DNA of 64,000 bases from an uncultured Arthrobacter sp. (GTDB lineage: Bacteria > Actinomycetota > Actinomycetes > Actinomycetales > Micrococcaceae), in contig NZ_CAXHZI010000011.1 in the NCBI RefSeq assembly GCF_964021775.1, positions 22,336-86,335 on the forward strand. The letters run 5' to 3'. A model generated the notes under the pieces. It had not been told where the DNA came from, made no database searches, and was given only the letters and a program-made list of their open reading frames with translations. This document shows, one piece after another, positions 59,837 through 64,000 of this stretch (position 1 is the first letter of the stretch; each line of letters starts with the position of its first letter). The position numbers and the translations under genes were made by a program.

Positions 59837-60118
59837 ATGTACACCTTGCAGATTGAGCACAAGATCAGGGATTTCGACCTGTGGAAGACAGCGTTCGACC
59901 GTGACCCCGTCAACCGTGCGGCGTCGGGGGTTACCGCGCACCGCATCAGCCGACCGGTGGACGATCCGCACTACGTAGTGGTGGAACTCGACTTCGAGCA
60001 GCAGGCCCAGGCGGAAGCCCTGCTGGCAAAGCTTCGGGCAAACGTTTGGAATTCGCCCGCTGCGGCCCCCGCACTCCAGGGCGCTCCGACAACCCGGATC
60101 CTCGCGTCCGCCGGCTGA
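59837..60118 (+). CDS. Small protein, dimeric alpha/beta-barrel (ABM/cyclase-like) candidate
   Basis: [31 protein letters not shown]; AAGGAGG RBS. Confidence 0.7.
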   Translation: MYTLQIEHKIRDFDLWKTAFDRDPVNRAASGVTAHRISRPVDDPHYVVVELDFEQQAQAEALLAKLRANVWNSPAAAPALQGAPTTRILASAG

Positions 60119-60169
60119 GGCGCCGTGCCGCCCGGCGTCAGTGACGTCCGGGCTGAGCGCGGCCCTCCC

Positions 60170-61075
60170 TCAACTGCCTGCCAGGGCCTCCCGCACACTG
60201 TCGGCCACGGCGCCGGCACCGGCCTCACCCATCACGATCGTGTAGTGGTTCACGTCCGGCACCTCACGGACCCGCAGGGACGGGAGTTTCGCGGCCCAGT
60301 CGTCCAGGTAGCCGGGCGCGTAGAGGGCGGACGGCTCGTTAAGCAGCCCTCGCGGCGCCCGGAGGACCACGGTGTCCACGGCGAGCTCGTCCAGCGCTTT
60401 CAGCAGCGAAGCACCGCGGTGCAGCTCGGCGGTGTCCTCGGCCATGGCCTGGTACCGCGTGGCGGGCCGCAATTCAGGCTCCTCGCCGGTCAGGTCATAG
60501 TCCACGTAGGCCTCCACGAGCGGTCCCCAGTCACCGCTGAACGCCGGGTGCTGCCGCCAGAAGGAGCGGTACACCTCACGGCTGGGGAACGTGGCGTTGA
60601 GCCGCTCGGCGGCCGGGCCGAGCACCGAGGAGATGAGCTGCTCGTCGGAGATTCCCTCCGGGACCTGGAGCGGCAGTCCGCCGTCCACCAGCACCAGCGA
60701 GCGGACGCGCTCCGGGAACAGGTTCGCCAGGACGACCGAAGCGAAGCCGCCCATCGAGTGTCCCACCACGACGACGGGCCCCGGGGCCAGCTCCGCCAGT
60801 ACGGCCGCGAGATCCTCCGCATGCGAGGGCATCCCGTACGGGGCAGGCAGGTTGTTGCTGCGGCCTCGGCCGCGCAGGTCCGGGGCGATGATCCGGACAT
60901 CCGGCAGCGCCTCGGCCAGGTACGGCCAGGCCTTGTGCGAGGCGGTGACCCCGTGGACGGCCAGGATGGTCGGGGCGCCGGGGTCGTCCGGGCCCCAGAT
61001 CGCGGTGTGCAGCGTGCCGCCACGGACCTCCACTTCGGCGGTGCGGTACGTGTCCTTGCTGGCTGTCTGGGTCAT
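60170..61075 (-). CDS. Alpha/beta-fold hydrolase (esterase/lipase-like)
   Basis: HGVT oxyanion loop, PDLRGRG, nucleophile GHSMG, C-terminal His in VNHYT. Confidence 0.88.
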   Translation of the reverse strand: MTQTASKDTYRTAEVEVRGGTLHTAIWGPDDPGAPTILAVHGVTASHKAWPYLAEALPDVRIIAPDLRGRGRSNNLPAPYGMPSHAEDLAAVLAELAPGPVVVVGHSMGGFASVVLANLFPERVRSLVLVDGGLPLQVPEGISDEQLISSVLGPAAERLNATFPSREVYRSFWRQHPAFSGDWGPLVEAYVDYDLTGEEPELRPATRYQAMAEDTAELHRGASLLKALDELAVDTVVLRAPRGLLNEPSALYAPGYLDDWAAKLPSLRVREVPDVNHYTIVMGEAGAGAVADSVREALAGS

Positions 61076-61749
61076 GGGGCTGTCCCTTCCTGGGGCGGGG
61101 TGGGGTTCGCGGTGGTTGCCGGGGCGGATCCGGGGGCGGGCGCAAGCGCCCGTTCGATGAACTGCATCATTTCCTCAAAGACTTCTTCGGGCACGTCGGG
61201 CCGGGCTCCGGCGGCGGGTTCGGCGCCTTCCTCGTCCCAGAGGACCCAGCGCATGCCGATCAGCTCGCCGATGCCCATCAGGGCCCAGGCCGCCACGGTG
61301 GGGTCCATTGCCCGGACCTCGCCGCTGAGCTGGGCCGCCTTCAGGCCTTCGATGTAGCCGTTGACGACCCGGGTGTAGTGCAGGCGCAGGGCGCCGGGCG
61401 AGACGAACTCGGCCTGTCGGATAATCCGGTACAGGGCCGGGTGCTCGGCGGTGAAGCGGAAGAAGGCCCGGAAGCCGGCCCGTTCCGCCTCGAGCCGGGT
61501 GCCGGCGCTCCGGGCGGCGTCGGTCATGGCGTGCCGGACGCGCCGGTTCAGGTCCTCAACCACTTCGTCGAAGATGGCCTGCTTGCCGTCGAAGTACAGG
61601 TAGAAGGTGCCGAGGCCAACACCGGCCGCTTCGGTGATTTTGACGATCGAGGCCTCGTGGTAGCCCGCCGAGGCGAAGACCGACTCCGCGGCCTCGAGCA
61701 GTTTGGCCCGGGTGCGTGTTCCCCGGGCGGTGCGCGGTGCGGCGCTCAT
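61072..61749 (-). CDS. TetR/AcrR-family transcriptional regulator
   Basis: RAKLLEAAESVFASAGY, ITEAAGVGLGTFYLYFDGK. Confidence 0.9.
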   Translation of the reverse strand: MSAAPRTARGTRTRAKLLEAAESVFASAGYHEASIVKITEAAGVGLGTFYLYFDGKQAIFDEVVEDLNRRVRHAMTDAARSAGTRLEAERAGFRAFFRFTAEHPALYRIIRQAEFVSPGALRLHYTRVVNGYIEGLKAAQLSGEVRAMDPTVAAWALMGIGELIGMRWVLWDEEGAEPAAGARPDVPEEVFEEMMQFIERALAPAPGSAPATTANPTPPQEGTAP

Positions 61750-63353
61750 GCCCGGCCCCCTGCCGCGGGGGCACCTGCCGGGGCTGGCCGCGCGGCCAGT
61801 TCCTGGCGCAGCTTGGCGCGAAGCACCTTGTTCAGTGCCGTGCGGGGCAGCGCCGCGACCATTTCGACCCGGGCCGGGACCTTGAAGCGGGCCAGCTGGG
61901 AGGCGCAGTGCTCCAGCAGCTCCTGTTCGTCGGTGGCCATGCCGGGACGGACCACCACGAAGGCCAGTCCGCTTTCGCCCCAGCGAGCGTCCTCCACCCC
62001 GACGACGGCGGCCTGCGCCACCGCGGGATGGGCCAGCAGCGCGGCCTCAACCTCGGCCGGTGCCACGTTTTCGCCGCCGGAGATGTAAATGTCCTTGAGC
62101 CGGTCCACCACCTTGATGTACCCGTCGGCGTCGCGCTCCACGAGGTCGCCGGTGCGCAGCCAGCCGCCGGCGAGGACGGCCGCCGTGGCGGCCGGGTCGC
62201 GGAAGTAGCCGGCAAACACGCCCGGGCCGCAGACCAGCAGTTCGCCGCTGGCGGCGCCGTCGAGGATTTCACCGGTGACGGGGTCCGCCACCGCGACGGC
62301 GACGTGCGGGTAGGGCTTGCCGGAATAGCCCACCATCCGTTCGGCGTCCTCGTTCGGCAGGCACAGCACGTTCGGTGAGGCCTCGGTCAGGCCGTACCCC
62401 TGGCTCAGCGCGACTCCCCGGCGGTGCCAGATCCGCAGCAGGGGCGCCGGCATCGGCGCTCCGCCGACGACGGCGTGGCGCAGGCTGCCGAGTTCGGCGT
62501 GGGCAAAATCGGGGTGTTCGGCCAGCATCAGGTACTGGGTGGGGACGCCCATCAGCATGGTCACGCCGCGCTCGGCGATGAGCTGCAGGACGCGGCCCGG
62601 ATCGAAACCGCGCTCCAGGACCACGGTGGCCCCCACCCACCAGGCCAGCAGCGGCTGGATGTTCCAGCCGCCCACGTGGAACTGCGGCAGCACGGCCAGC
62701 ACCACGTCGTTGCTGCCCATGTCCAGGGTGCGCGAGAGCGAGAGGTTGTTCCAGAAGCAGTTGGCGTGGGTCAGGACGGCGGCTTTGCTGGCGCCCTCGG
62801 TGCCGGAGGTGAAAATCATCAGCAGGGCATCGTCGTCGCGCACTTCCCGGCGGGGTGTGCCGGCGTCGGTGGGCGCCGCCGGGCGCACGTGCGTGGGCGG
62901 CGGTACCGACTTTTCGACGCCGCCGGGGCCGAGGGCGGCGGTCCGCGGCCGGTGCGGCAGCAGGGCGCACGCCGCGGCCGCAAGGGCGTCGAGGTCGCCT
63001 TCCACCAGCAGCAGCTGCGGCTCGGCGAGCTCCAGCTGGGCCGCGAGCTCCTTGGGCGAGAGCCGCCAGGACAGCGGCACCAGGACCAGCCCGGCCTTGG
63101 CGCAGGCGAAGAACGCCACCACGTGGTCCGAGCTGTTGCCGGTCAGGCTGGCGATCCGGTCCCCGATCCCGTAGCCCGCGGCACGGAACCCGTCGGCCAG
63201 GGCGGAGGCGCGGCGTTCCAGCTCGCTGTAGAGCAGGGTGCAGCCGCGGTCGTCGATGGCGACCCGGTGCGGGGTGGTCAGGCTGCGGTCGGTGGTCCAG
63301 CGGCCCAGGGTGTGCAGGCCATCGGCCCGGTTGGGGCCGGTCGGGTTGCTCAT
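61746..63353 (-). CDS. Acyl-CoA synthetase (AMP-forming, MenE/FadD-like)
   Basis: FTSGTEGASK, PQFHVGG, GYGLTE, WLRTGDL, SGGENVAPAEVE, NKV. Confidence 0.9.
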   Translation of the reverse strand: MSNPTGPNRADGLHTLGRWTTDRSLTTPHRVAIDDRGCTLLYSELERRASALADGFRAAGYGIGDRIASLTGNSSDHVVAFFACAKAGLVLVPLSWRLSPKELAAQLELAEPQLLLVEGDLDALAAAACALLPHRPRTAALGPGGVEKSVPPPTHVRPAAPTDAGTPRREVRDDDALLMIFTSGTEGASKAAVLTHANCFWNNLSLSRTLDMGSNDVVLAVLPQFHVGGWNIQPLLAWWVGATVVLERGFDPGRVLQLIAERGVTMLMGVPTQYLMLAEHPDFAHAELGSLRHAVVGGAPMPAPLLRIWHRRGVALSQGYGLTEASPNVLCLPNEDAERMVGYSGKPYPHVAVAVADPVTGEILDGAASGELLVCGPGVFAGYFRDPAATAAVLAGGWLRTGDLVERDADGYIKVVDRLKDIYISGGENVAPAEVEAALLAHPAVAQAAVVGVEDARWGESGLAFVVVRPGMATDEQELLEHCASQLARFKVPARVEMVAALPRTALNKVLRAKLRQELAARPAPAGAPAAGGRA

Positions 63354-64000
63354 GCGGCGTCCTCCAGGATGTCTTGGGGCGTCTCGTTACCGCCGCTGCC
63401 GGCACGGGCGCCCCGGCGGCGGTGTGCCAGCCGCTCTGCGGTCCCGGCGAGGCCGCCGGGCAGGAAGAGCACCACCAGGATGAAGAGCGTGCCGAGGATG
63501 AACAACGGTTCTGACAACGGTACCCGCAGGATGTCCGGCAGGGACTTCACGGCCTCGGAGTTGGCCAGTGTCGTAAGCCGCTGGTCGAGGATGGTGTAAA
63601 ACACGCCGCCGACCACAGCGCCCCAGCGCGAGCCCACCCCGCCCAGGACCACCATCACCAGCAGCATGATAGTGAGGTCCGAGGAGATGGCCCGCGGCAC
63701 GGCTCCGCTCTGCAGCAGCAGGAAGACCATCCCGATCACGGAAACCAGGATCGCGGAGAGAACAAAGATCAGCAGCTTGACGAGGTAGGGCTGCAGGCCC
63801 AGGACCCGGACGCGCAGTTCGTTTTCGCGCACGGCGGCCGCAGCGTGCCCGGCCCGCGAGGACTGCACCCAGGTGACGATGACGAATACGGCTACCAGCA
63901 CGGCCAGTGCCAGCCAGTACAGGTTGCGGGTGTTGACCACGCCGACCAGGAAGTCCGGCAGGTTGTCGGTGCGCAGCGTCATACCCTCGTCGCCGCCGGT
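63350..64000 (-). CDS. Branched-chain-amino-acid-type ABC transporter permease (LivM-like); 5' end outside the window
   Basis: VRENELRVRVLG, MVVLGGVGSRWGAVVG, LFLPGGLAG. Confidence 0.85.
   Translation of the reverse strand, partial: TGGDEGMTLRTDNLPDFLVGVVNTRNLYWLALAVLVAVFVIVTWVQSSRAGHAAAAVRENELRVRVLGLQPYLVKLLIFVLSAILVSVIGMVFLLLQSGAVPRAISSDLTIMLLVMVVLGGVGSRWGAVVGGVFYTILDQRLTTLANSEAVKSLPDILRVPLSEPLFILGTLFILVVLFLPGGLAGTAERLAHRRRGARAGSGGNETPQDILEDAA

Noticed and set aside
58533-61075. AHL quorum-sensing or quorum-quenching module (LuxR solo plus lactonase)
   Set aside because: The regulator's N-terminus lacks recognisable AHL-binding residues and looks GAF-like; the hydrolase is a generic alpha/beta fold belonging to the adjacent operon.

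Overview
GC-rich actinobacterial chromosome segment; gene content and proteins point to Micrococcaceae, Arthrobacter/Pseudarthrobacter-like (inference). It is mostly conserved core genome: pheST, pntAB, infC-rpmI-rplT, hisCBH-priA, lexA, dinG-hflX, dapF-miaA-miaB-recX-recA, clgR-cinA-pgsA-ftsK-rnj-dapA, dapB and a molybdenum-cofactor cluster. Accessory blocks sit at both ends. On the left is a 5'-truncated Pls/PosA-type membrane NRPS with a lysine-like A-domain code, an M1 peptidase and a PPTase, a candidate epsilon-poly-lysine system. On the right is a LuxR-type regulator/small-protein pair with a perfect 16-bp palindrome, and a TetR/acyl-CoA ligase/ABC/hydrolase catabolic cluster. The non-coding DNA is informative: five LexA boxes (one inside the promoter of an uncharacterised orphan gene), a PafBC/RecA-NDp promoter at recA, an ECF-sigma promoter at clgR, an L20-leader-like attenuator with an AUU start for infC, a leaderless 6-codon uORF heading a long hflX leader, and about 16 leaderless-type starts. 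I saw no rRNA, tRNA, CRISPR array, transposase, integrase or phage gene. All family assignments come from motif recognition by eye, not database searches.
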